64,000 nucleotides of DNA from Candidatus Pelethenecus sp. (GTDB lineage: Bacteria; Bacillota_I; Bacilli_A; Acholeplasmatales; Anaeroplasmataceae): the NCBI GenBank assembly GCA_045121295.1, contig JBGVFV010000117.1:5349-69348 (forward strand). The letters are read 5' to 3'. The number at the start of each line of letters is the position of its first letter. Position 1 is the stretch's first letter. The notes beneath the pieces were generated by a model, which saw only the letters and a list, made by a program, of their open reading frames with translations, was not told the DNA's origin and did no database searches. Position numbers and translations under genes: made by a program. This document shows positions 44,920 through 53,517 of the stretch, piece after piece.

Positions 44920-47314
44920 TTATATATCCTCCTCTCTTTAATAATTCAATCATTTTAGTTTCTGAATCAATTACCTTTTTATATGCTTCTAGAAATTGTT
45001 TTTCAACTTCAGCAGCAGATAAAGATTCTATTTTTCTTTTTTCAATATAATTATTTAAAGCTAGTGAATACCCATTTTTCTTGATTTCTGAGATTTCCAC
45101 CACTTTACATATTTCAACTTTATTTTCATAATTTTGATACACTTTAAATAAATCATCTATGTTATCTTGAGTCATAATAACTTGAGCACGTTTTGGAGTA
45201 TAAAATTTTGTTCCATCTATTAAACACACTTTTCCTTTATGTGACTCTTTTTTATTATTATTTAACAATAAAATGCATGCTGCAACTCCTGTAGAATAAA
45301 ATACGCCACTCACTAGAGAAATAACGCATTCAAGTTTATCAGATTCTATTAACTGAGCACGCATTTCTGCTTCTTTTCCACTCCTAAACAAAACACCTTG
45401 AGGAAGAACAACTGCACATCTTCCTCCTTGTTGTTTCATCGAAGAAACCATATGTTGAAGCCATGCAAAATCGCCATTTGAATCAGTTGGAGTTTCCCAA
45501 ATGTTTCTTCCGTATGGGTCATTCGAAAATTGGTCTGAGCCCCACTTATCTAAAGAAAAAGGTGGATTTGCAATTACACAATCAAATGTTCGAACTTTTC
45601 CAGCTTTTAAAAATTTTGGTTCTCTTAAAGTATCACCTTGCAAAATTTTAAAATCTTTTGCTCCATGTAAAAATAAATTCATTCTTGCAATTGCAGATGT
45701 TGCCAAATTTTTCTCTTGACCATAAATACGTCCATAAGTAAGTCTATCATTATTAATATGATGAATTGCTTCTATTAGCATTCCTCCTGTACCACATGCT
45801 GGATCGTATACATCATCACCAGGTTTAGGATCTAACAAATTCACTAATAACTTTACAATAGAACGAGGCGTATAAAACTCCCCTGCATTCTTCTTTGAAA
45901 GGTCAGCAAATTTTTTTATTAGAAATTCATATGCATCCCCCATAACATCTGCAGAATAATTATTATTACCTACCTTTATTGATGACATATGTTCGACTAA
46001 ATTTTTAAGTCTTTCATCTGATAATTTTGTTTTATCTGTCCAAGTAGCATCATCAAAACTACTAAATACACCGCTTAATGTATCAGGATTTGCACGTTCA
46101 ATACCACTCATAGCATTAACAATAGCTGTTCCAATATTAGAACTAGTATTTCTAACATCATTCCAGTGACAGCCTGAAGGAATAATAAAACTATGATTCT
46201 CAGCAAATGATGCAAATTCTACATCACCGCCAGATTCTTTTAATGCTTTTTCTGTTTCTTCATCATAAACATCTGATATTCTTTTAAAAAATAAAATAGG
46301 AGTTACATAACTTTTATACTCATCTTGGTTAATTGGACCACGTAAAATATTACATGCTTCAAATAAGTGGTTAAATAACTTAGTACTTGTAGTTTCTTCT
46401 GATGCGCCTTCAGTAGACTCTAAATCTTCATCTGCTTTGTTTAACACTTCTTCCATCATATTTTCTCTTCCTCCTGTTTTTACTTCTTTTTTCTTTGTTT
46501 TAATTTTTACCTTTCCTTTTTCCAGGTCAGGTTCATATGCATTTTCAAACTCAATTAAAAGTTTTAATAATCTTTCATCTAAATAAGTTAATATATGTTT
46601 TCTTATATCAGTTGGTATGCCATAGTAAGCTTCTGCGATACTACCTGTAATAGCTGCTAATGTATCACTGTCACCGCCAATGGATATAGCATTTCTTATA
46701 GCATCTTCAAATGAAGTTGATTCTAAGAATGCTTCTATTGCCTGCGGAACTGTATCTTGACAAGTTTCATTAAATTGATATGAATCTCTAATTTCATCAA
46801 GATTAAAGTTCATAGGATAATAATGTTTATTAATATAATCTCTAATTTCTAAAATATTACATCCAGTTCTAGCTAAATATATTGCTACTACAGTTGCTTC
46901 AGCACCCTTAATTCCTTCTGGATGATTATGCGTTACTTCAGTTACTTTTTTAGAAAGTGAAATGGCTTCATCCATAGAATTGGCTACCCAACCACAAGCA
47001 CTTACTCTCATTGCAGCACCATTACCAAAACTGTTATATGGCTGTGGATTATTTGAAAACATCCAATTATGGAAATTACCTCCATAACCAGAGTTAGGAT
47101 AATGTCTTCCTATACTTTGCATATATTCAATTGTTTTTTCACTTAAATTACTATAATCTTTTTCACACTCTAATAATGCTTTTGCAACCGCTAAAGTCAT
47201 TATTGAATCATCAGTAAAAAAGCATTTATAATCTAATAACGTGAATTCTTTTGAACGGTGATTGTTCCATTCATACTTTGAACCAACAATATCGCCTACA
47301 ATTGCACCTAACAT
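44909..47314 (-). CDS. fusion protein: N-terminal ADP-ribosylglycohydrolase (ARH/DraG family) + complete HsdM-type N6-adenine methyltransferase
   Basis: 801 aa in one uninterrupted ORF. ARH motifs: MLGAIVGDIVGSKYEW, FFTDDSIMTLAVA, IGGDSDTLAAITGSIAEAYYG. A Lys-rich linker follows. HsdM motifs: ILFFKRISDVYDEE, VYDPACGTGGML, IANPPFSLDKW. Confidence 0.8.
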   Translation of the reverse strand: MLGAIVGDIVGSKYEWNNHRSKEFTLLDYKCFFTDDSIMTLAVAKALLECEKDYSNLSEKTIEYMQSIGRHYPNSGYGGNFHNWMFSNNPQPYNSFGNGAAMRVSACGWVANSMDEAISLSKKVTEVTHNHPEGIKGAEATVVAIYLARTGCNILEIRDYINKHYYPMNFNLDEIRDSYQFNETCQDTVPQAIEAFLESTSFEDAIRNAISIGGDSDTLAAITGSIAEAYYGIPTDIRKHILTYLDERLLKLLIEFENAYEPDLEKGKVKIKTKKKEVKTGGRENMMEEVLNKADEDLESTEGASEETTSTKLFNHLFEACNILRGPINQDEYKSYVTPILFFKRISDVYDEETEKALKESGGDVEFASFAENHSFIIPSGCHWNDVRNTSSNIGTAIVNAMSGIERANPDTLSGVFSSFDDATWTDKTKLSDERLKNLVEHMSSIKVGNNNYSADVMGDAYEFLIKKFADLSKKNAGEFYTPRSIVKLLVNLLDPKPGDDVYDPACGTGGMLIEAIHHINNDRLTYGRIYGQEKNLATSAIARMNLFLHGAKDFKILQGDTLREPKFLKAGKVRTFDCVIANPPFSLDKWGSDQFSNDPYGRNIWETPTDSNGDFAWLQHMVSSMKQQGGRCAVVLPQGVLFRSGKEAEMRAQLIESDKLECVISLVSGVFYSTGVAACILLLNNNKKESHKGKVCLIDGTKFYTPKRAQVIMTQDNIDDLFKVYQNYENKVEICKVVEISEIKKNGYSLALNNYIEKRKIESLSAAEVEKQFLEAYKKVIDSETKMIELLKRGGYINEQ

Positions 47315-47461
47315 ATTGACACCTCCAACTAATTACACTTAATTTCAATTGTTAAAAATAAATCATTTAGATACAATTAAAACCATATTTTTAATCTTTT
47401 GTATCAAAAAATTTTTTTAAATATAGATAATCTACACAAGATTATCCTTACTTATATTTTG

Positions 47462-48769
47462 TTATTTGATTGAATTAATAGTTGCTATTTGTTGCAATAC
47501 TTCGTTAATTTCATCATCAATTTCACTTATATTTCTATAATTAACAATTTGTTTTTTTACAACATGTCTATTAACAACTAAACTATCATTATTTTCTCTA
47601 ATATCAAGAATATGTTTAAATGTTGAAATATTTTCAACCTCTATTTTCTTACTAACTATTTCATGAATTTTTGAAATTCCTTCGCCAGTCAAATTATTTG
47701 CATTACCATTTTTATACGTAAAATTAAAGTGATCATTATTACTTGCACTAATAAATCCTATGTATTTATCTTTTTTATTTTTTGATAAAACCAATAAGTT
47801 TGTTTGAATCGATGTGGCAGCCCACATTGGAGGAAGTTCAATGATACATTCAATTAAATTTTCGTTAACTAAGTAATTTCTTAGATATTCATAATTTCGA
47901 ACGGTTTTTGTTAAAAAACCCGTAGTTATAGTTAAAATAGCTTTACCTGCTTTGTTTAAGTTTTCTAAAGCTATAATAACATTAGCTATATTTGAATCAA
48001 TCATACCACCATTAATCATATACTTTCTAAACGAATGTTCATTACTATAAAATACCTCTTCAGGCAATTTTTGATTAATAGGACCATCTGCAAATACATA
48101 ATCATACTCAATTTCATCTAAACATTTATAAGCATCTTGACATCTGAAATAAACATTTTCTTTTTTTAATAAAATCATCCTAATTATAGCTATACATAAT
48201 GAATTGTAATTAATATCATTACCAACAGTATGTACATTTTGAGGTAATTTGCTTATAAAAACTCCGTTACCAACAAAAAGATCTAAACATTTTGTGTTTT
48301 CTTGAGGTTCAAACAATTTCACACACAAATCTGCTAAAGACTCGTTAGTAGTATTCATACCTTCTTTTCCTAAAGTTAAAGACAATTTATCTATGTACTC
48401 AATAATTGCTTTTTCTTCATTTTTTAAATCAAATTTAACTAATAATTCAAATACTTTTTCATTATTTCTAAAAATATTTTCATATTGTGCATATAATTCT
48501 CTAGAGAACGAAAATGACGAATTTTTAATATTATCAAAAGTTGTAATTAAATATTCACCAATTAAAGGCATAACATTTCTTCTATAAGTTAATGCTTCTC
48601 TTAAATCTAATAATACATTAAATTTTTCTTCATTATCTGCGAATAATCTATTATCAATAGAGTATTTCAAAAATACTAGGTATACAAATTTATTAAATAA
48701 ATCATAAGAACCTAAATTAGCTCTGATATCACCTAAAAATACATCAAACATTTTTTCTTTATTATTCAT
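47462..48769 (-). CDS. HsdM-like protein with degenerate catalytic motif (DGPI instead of NPPY/F)
   Basis: 435 aa from the ATG at 48769 (RBS GGAGG). It is collinear with the two hsdM genes: CLDLFVGNGVFI vs DPxCGxxGML; VGNDINYNS vs YGQEIN; YVFADGPINQKL vs CLANPPYSISQW; IECIIELPPMW vs LECIIGLGPNLF. Confidence 0.65.
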   Translation of the reverse strand: MNNKEKMFDVFLGDIRANLGSYDLFNKFVYLVFLKYSIDNRLFADNEEKFNVLLDLREALTYRRNVMPLIGEYLITTFDNIKNSSFSFSRELYAQYENIFRNNEKVFELLVKFDLKNEEKAIIEYIDKLSLTLGKEGMNTTNESLADLCVKLFEPQENTKCLDLFVGNGVFISKLPQNVHTVGNDINYNSLCIAIIRMILLKKENVYFRCQDAYKCLDEIEYDYVFADGPINQKLPEEVFYSNEHSFRKYMINGGMIDSNIANVIIALENLNKAGKAILTITTGFLTKTVRNYEYLRNYLVNENLIECIIELPPMWAATSIQTNLLVLSKNKKDKYIGFISASNNDHFNFTYKNGNANNLTGEGISKIHEIVSKKIEVENISTFKHILDIRENNDSLVVNRHVVKKQIVNYRNISEIDDEINEVLQQIATINSIK

Positions 48770-49331
48770 GTTGACCTCCATTAGCAATTAAAGCTTCTAT
48801 TTTTTCTTGTTGTAAATTAATTAACTTATCCAGCAATTGCTTATTTTTACTCATCTTTATAAATTCATTCCCAATTGCCTTTTGTTTTTCTAAAGGAAGT
48901 AATGGAATATCTAAAGATTTCAATTGACTAATTGATAAGATACCAATTGTATTTCCTGTTACAAGTCTTAATACTTGTTCTGAGAAAGCTTTAGAATTAA
49001 TATATGCTAATACATAGAATAAATCGTATCTAAAGTCTTTTAATCTTAAAATAGCACAGAAAGATGGAACAACTAATCCAGAAGTACTAGAATCAATTAT
49101 ACAACCGTTATATGGAGTAGATAATTTAATAATCAAATCTTTTTCCATACTCATCTTTTCTGGTTCTAAGAATACTTTCATTTTATTTTCTACTAATTCA
49201 CTTTCCACTACACTACCGAAATTAATAGCTTTTGGTAATAAAACTTTTCTTATTTCAACCTCATTTATTTCTGTAGTGATTCTTGACATTACTTGACCAG
49301 AACTTACATTAAAAATTTCATTAATTAACAT
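48762..49331 (-). CDS. single-TRD HsdS-like specificity protein
   Basis: 189 aa from the ATG at 49331 (GGAGG 9 nt upstream). It has the conserved LDIPLLPLEKQKAIGNEF plus a coiled-coil tail. Its stop overlaps the start of the downstream gene. Confidence 0.65.
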   Translation of the reverse strand: MLINEIFNVSSGQVMSRITTEINEVEIRKVLLPKAINFGSVVESELVENKMKVFLEPEKMSMEKDLIIKLSTPYNGCIIDSSTSGLVVPSFCAILRLKDFRYDLFYVLAYINSKAFSEQVLRLVTGNTIGILSISQLKSLDIPLLPLEKQKAIGNEFIKMSKNKQLLDKLINLQQEKIEALIANGGQHE

Positions 49332-49746
49332 ATAAATATTCCTCCTCATTATAGAAATAGTTATTATACTTAGAATATTTTCTAACATTTCTAACCATTC
49401 TATTTTTATATATAGTATATTCGTGTTGAATAGGATTTTCTTTCTTAGATGTATTATAATAATCCTCTTCAATTCTTTCATATAAATCTATAATTTTATT
49501 TTGTTCTTGTTTAGAGTGGCAATTAAGATACGGATCAGCTTTATTAATTGTAATTAAATCATCAAATTCTTTTTTGCTTATTACTTTTACATCAATAATA
49601 GCATCTTTATGATGATGCTTCACTCTTGGTGCGTATCTTGCTATCTCAGCTGCGTCTTTTTTATTTTCAGCTTCAATAGGCAACCAAATCTTTATACAAT
49701 TATTAATTCCTACATGACCACATTTAACATAAACCTTACAATACAT
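49321..49746 (-). CDS. hypothetical protein
   Basis: 141 aa from the ATG at 49746 (GGAGG 9 nt upstream): MYCKVYVKCGHVGINNCIKIWLPIEAENKKDAAEIARYAPRVKHHHKDAIIDVKVI... It is the first gene of a three-gene overlapping unit. Confidence 0.5.
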   Translation of the reverse strand: MYCKVYVKCGHVGINNCIKIWLPIEAENKKDAAEIARYAPRVKHHHKDAIIDVKVISKKEFDDLITINKADPYLNCHSKQEQNKIIDLYERIEEDYYNTSKKENPIQHEYTIYKNRMVRNVRKYSKYNNYFYNEEEYLYVN

Positions 49747-49930
49747 ATTATACATCCTCCTATAAAATAATGCAATAATTATTTTGTCATATTTTCTCGG
49801 TACTACCGAATGCAATTATAGTATAGCACCCAAAATATATTATGTCAACACTTTTGTCATATTTTTTTGGTACATTTTTAATATTTTATTTACATCTCTT
49901 TTAAGAGATGTTTTTTTTAAAAAAAAACTA

Positions 49931-49985
49931 TTTAAAAAAATAAAAAACCTATATTTTCAGCAATTAAGTCCAAAAATATAGGTTT
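49931..49985 (-). terminator. Rho-independent terminator
   Basis: A 13-bp stem AAACCTATATTTT / AAAATATAGGTTT with a long minus-strand T-run, downstream of the stop at 50137. Confidence 0.65.
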
Positions 49986-50136
49986 CTTGTAGAACACCTT
50001 ATTTTAATTTTTAATACATTTTTCTGGTATAATTATAGGTTTTAATTTAGTATTATCATTTTCACCTTTACCTTGTATCTGTTTAGCGCACTCTTCAGGC
50101 ACACGCATCAAAATACCTTCATTACTATACCTCATA

Positions 50137-51489
50137 TTATATAAATCTTATGATATTTTCATTTTCATCCAAAAATATCAAATATAAAACCGTTGATTCA
50201 TTTATTATAATAGAATCATTAATTTTTACAATATCCTTTTTTGAATCAAAGTTTAAAGCTGTTGGGTCTTTAATACTTAAAGCTATTTTATAATAATTAT
50301 TAGGTTTAACAAAATCAACTGAGCTAATTTCTTTTTTACTTGATGATATATAAATTTTATTTTTAATTGTTAGTAATTCACATAGATATTTCGAATTAAG
50401 ATTATTAAATTTATATTTTCCTGGTATAAAATATCTTAAATTTAAGACCAAATCTACAGTTCTATAATAATCTTTTTTTAGCCAATACTTAAAAGAATAT
50501 ATATCAGGATATCTTAAATAATTAAATGAATAATCAGGCAATAATATATTAACATAGTTGAAAGATAATTCATCTCTTAGTTTCCATTCATTTTCTACTG
50601 GAAACATATCATATAAAAAATAATCCATTAATTTATTATCGTATGCTTTTGTTTCTTCTATTAAATAATTTACAACATTTTCATCATTTAAACTAAGAAA
50701 ATATTTATTATTACTAGTTATAAATTTGTTCTTTAAATATGTTTCTTTAAAATCATTCGAATATCTAATTCTAATTTTTTTGATATATGAATAATAACCA
50801 TATACATATTCAGGAGGATTATAATCTAGAAAATATACACTCGTAATTGCAGGTGTATTTATATTAAAATCTTTCAAATTATATTTTAGATGTCTTGTAA
50901 AACCAGGCAAATAAGTTAAATTTTCTTCACTAAAACATAATTCATCTTCATTTTTGGGGATTAAAAAAGTTTGAGTATAAGGAGAAAAATAATTGATAAA
51001 AACATTCATCATTTCATTTAAAAAATTAATAGTTCTATTTCTCCAATTGCGATCTTCTATAATCAAATTAAACATAGAATCAATAAATAAAGGATTTCTA
51101 TAATCTAAGATTTTATATTTTTTAGCCCATCCAATTATCATATGTTTAACATCTAACTCTGACCATGAATTACTTATTTTAATGTTTTCTAAAAAAAGCT
51201 TCCCACATTTAGATAAATGATAAGTATCCTTATTTTTTGCTGTAGTAATGCTATACACATATTTTTTCCCTATTAAATCCAGCAAGATGTTTTTAATTTC
51301 ATCAATATCAATATCATACTTTTTAGATGAAATGTCAGGATACTGCTCATATATATTAACGAAGGGACTATTATGATTATTATTAATGAAGCTACATATC
51401 GTTCTTAAGTATGGATACATATTATTATGTTTATTTTCTTTTATATATAGTAGAACTTTTAATATATCTTTAGATAACACTTCATCCAT
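50137..51489 (-). CDS. hypothetical protein, possible N-terminal winged helix
   Basis: 450 aa with RBS GGAGGGG. It is very Asn/Tyr/Lys-rich and I recognise no catalytic motif. Confidence 0.5.
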   Translation of the reverse strand: MDEVLSKDILKVLLYIKENKHNNMYPYLRTICSFINNNHNSPFVNIYEQYPDISSKKYDIDIDEIKNILLDLIGKKYVYSITTAKNKDTYHLSKCGKLFLENIKISNSWSELDVKHMIIGWAKKYKILDYRNPLFIDSMFNLIIEDRNWRNRTINFLNEMMNVFINYFSPYTQTFLIPKNEDELCFSEENLTYLPGFTRHLKYNLKDFNINTPAITSVYFLDYNPPEYVYGYYSYIKKIRIRYSNDFKETYLKNKFITSNNKYFLSLNDENVVNYLIEETKAYDNKLMDYFLYDMFPVENEWKLRDELSFNYVNILLPDYSFNYLRYPDIYSFKYWLKKDYYRTVDLVLNLRYFIPGKYKFNNLNSKYLCELLTIKNKIYISSSKKEISSVDFVKPNNYYKIALSIKDPTALNFDSKKDIVKINDSIIINESTVLYLIFLDENENIIRFI

Positions 51490-51534
51490 AATACCCCTCC
51501 AATCTATTCTTTATTATTATAATTTAGTATCTAA

Positions 51535-52287
51535 TTAACTAGAATAAATACCAGCGCTTCCATTTCTTTTTTTATTCCATCCACTTTTTTCTTTATAATG
51601 TTCTAATGAAATATCAGGATTTTCTAATAACAACTTATAACATCTTTTAATATTCGTATTGTGACAAGACCACGATGTTACTAATTTCCACGCGTTCATT
51701 TTATCTAGAATTGGAATAATTGTTTGTTTCATTTCATAATTTGATAATCTAACAGGTTCGAAGATAGATTTATATTTTCTATTAAAAATAAAGTTAATAA
51801 TTCTATATTCTATTTCTGTCATTTCATCATAATGTTCTAATATGTGCATAATTGTATAAAATTCATCGTCATTAATAGAATGCCCTTTATAGGGTTTAGC
51901 ATATTGCACTCCTTGTCTTCCAGGATAATATTTTTTATTAACCAAATCTATAAACACCCAATTACATCCCCAGAATCCTTTTGCTGAACCAAAACCATGT
52001 TCATTTAACCATTGATATATTTCATGATTGTAATTTTCATTTTCATGGTCATAGAATCTTACTAATAGTAAAGTATTATCAATGTAAAAATCTTGAGCGA
52101 ATTTAATATAATTCATATCCATAAGATTACAATAATCCTCATATGAAATATCTGGATTTTTAACAAAAATGTTATATGCTTTTTTCCATACTGTTGTTGT
52201 AAGAGAAATAACAAGTTCTTCAGTAGGACATTGTATTTTTTCTAATTTATCAATTAAGTATTTAATTTTTTCATCTTCTACAGACAT
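51535..52287 (-). CDS. hypothetical protein with duplicated NPDIS-x-E-x-Y motif
   Basis: 250 aa from the ATG at 52287 (RBS AGGTGG). The motifs KAYNIFVKNPDISYEDY and KRCYKLLLENPDISLEHY flank a central region. Confidence 0.5.
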   Translation of the reverse strand: MSVEDEKIKYLIDKLEKIQCPTEELVISLTTTVWKKAYNIFVKNPDISYEDYCNLMDMNYIKFAQDFYIDNTLLLVRFYDHENENYNHEIYQWLNEHGFGSAKGFWGCNWVFIDLVNKKYYPGRQGVQYAKPYKGHSINDDEFYTIMHILEHYDEMTEIEYRIINFIFNRKYKSIFEPVRLSNYEMKQTIIPILDKMNAWKLVTSWSCHNTNIKRCYKLLLENPDISLEHYKEKSGWNKKRNGSAGIYSS

Positions 52288-52518
52288 ATAAATTCCACCT
52301 TTCGTCAGGCAATACATAATATAATAGTAATTGAAATAATGTTATTTTAATTATATTATAATTTCATTTATAAAACAATAAATATAGATAGACCATTTAT
52401 TTTGGTTACTGAATTCAAATATACAAATAACCTAAAATTATATAAAACGAGTAGTAGTACGTTAATGGGTGTTTTTTAATAATTTTTACCCTTTTTTAGC
52501 TATTTTGATCTATTTTTA

Positions 52519-52581
52519 GAAAAAAATAAAAAAGGGCGAATCGAAAAAACCTTGATTTTACGCCATATTTTCGTCGCCCTT
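52519..52581 (-). terminator. strong Rho-independent terminator at the element's right end, overlapping the att arm
   Basis: On the minus strand: AAGGGCGACGAAAA-18 nt-TTTTCGATTCGCCCTT (14 bp with a 2-nt bulge), then TTTTTTATTTTTT. It begins at the stop codon of the truncated murC 5' fragment. Confidence 0.7.
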
Positions 52582-52597
52582 ATAATCTCGTTTTACC
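52577..52597. other. attR-type junction (element arm + murC half-site)
   Basis: CCCTTATAATCTC followed by GTTTTACC, then murC sequence ATGAGTTCC. Confidence 0.75.
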
Positions 52598-52915
52598 ATG
52601 AGTTCCAGCTACACCAATCATAGATAACCTTTTAAAATATTTATCTATAAATTTAGGATAAGTCTCATACTTCATATTAGATTCTATTATTAAATTTGTA
52701 ATTTTATGATTGATATAAGCATTACCTATTATATAAATAAAATCATCTTTAATTGAAAAATCTTCAAACTCTATCACATTAACACCTTTTAATACTTCAC
52801 TAGTATAAAAGTCTTCTTTTACATCAACACCTTCTACAATATGTCCGTCCTTAATTAAAATATTAGCAAGTGCTGACATACCAGAACCTTTAATACCTAC
52901 TAAATAATATTTCAT
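52580..52915 (-). pseudogene. murC: murC 5' portion (N-terminal Rossmann domain up to the P-loop), truncated by the element
   Basis: MKYYLVGIKGSGMSALANIL...MIGVAGTHGKT, followed by the element-derived RL*. Confidence 0.85.
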
Positions 52916-52949
52916 AAAAAAATCACCACTTAATTATATGTAAGTGGTG
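52916..52949 (-). terminator. Rho-independent terminator after gmk-like gene
   Basis: CACCACTTA-8 nt-TAAGTGGTG with a minus-strand T-run running into the murC start. Confidence 0.55.
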
Positions 52950-52972
52950 TATTTTAAATTCAATATAATATA

Positions 52973-53509
52973 TTATATAGTTTTTAAATATTCATTATAA
53001 GCATTAATAATCTTTAAAGCTATTTCATCAATCGTCATATCTGATGTATCTATTTCTAAATTAATCTTTTCTAATTGTTCTTTACTAAATAAGATTTTAT
53101 CATTTTCTAATCTCTTATTTACATCTAACATAGAATCTCCACGATTAATCATTCTCATCTTTAATATATCTGGGTTTGTATATAAAAATACTGAATAGAT
53201 ATTTTCAACTGCTTCTAAAAATTTTTTTAATCCTTGTGGCTCTAAAATGACTACTTTATTAATTCCGGCTTCTTTTTTTAAGGTTCCATAATAATTACCA
53301 TTATAAAATACTGTTTCAATAAATTCATTATTTATATAATGTTCATTAAATTCATCTTTAGTCATAAAGTAATAATCCACTTTATCTACTTCACCAACCC
53401 TCATAGGTCTAGTTGTACAAGTAATGAATTTTTTAATTCCATATTTACTTTCTAAGCATTTTACAATAGCACTTTTTCCAGAAGCACTAGGTCCGACTAA
53501 TACTAACAT
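52973..53509 (-). CDS. guanylate kinase family protein
   Basis: 178 aa with P-loop LVGPSASGKS and TTRPMRVGEVDKVDYYF. Confidence 0.75.
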   Translation of the reverse strand: MLVLVGPSASGKSAIVKCLESKYGIKKFITCTTRPMRVGEVDKVDYYFMTKDEFNEHYINNEFIETVFYNGNYYGTLKKEAGINKVVILEPQGLKKFLEAVENIYSVFLYTNPDILKMRMINRGDSMLDVNKRLENDKILFSKEQLEKINLEIDTSDMTIDEIALKIINAYNEYLKTI

Positions 53510-53517
53510 ATAATCTC

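Larger units (their letters stand above)
7985..52597. mobile_element. 44.6-kb integrated element (serine-recombinase type, composite) inserted in murC
   Basis: The 8-nt GTTTTACC is present at both junctions (7985..7992 and 52590..52597). The outer flanks rejoin to an in-frame murC. The inner flanks rejoin to a palindromic attP. The interior holds 3 serine recombinases, a Rep_trans initiator and R-M cargo. Confidence 0.85.
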
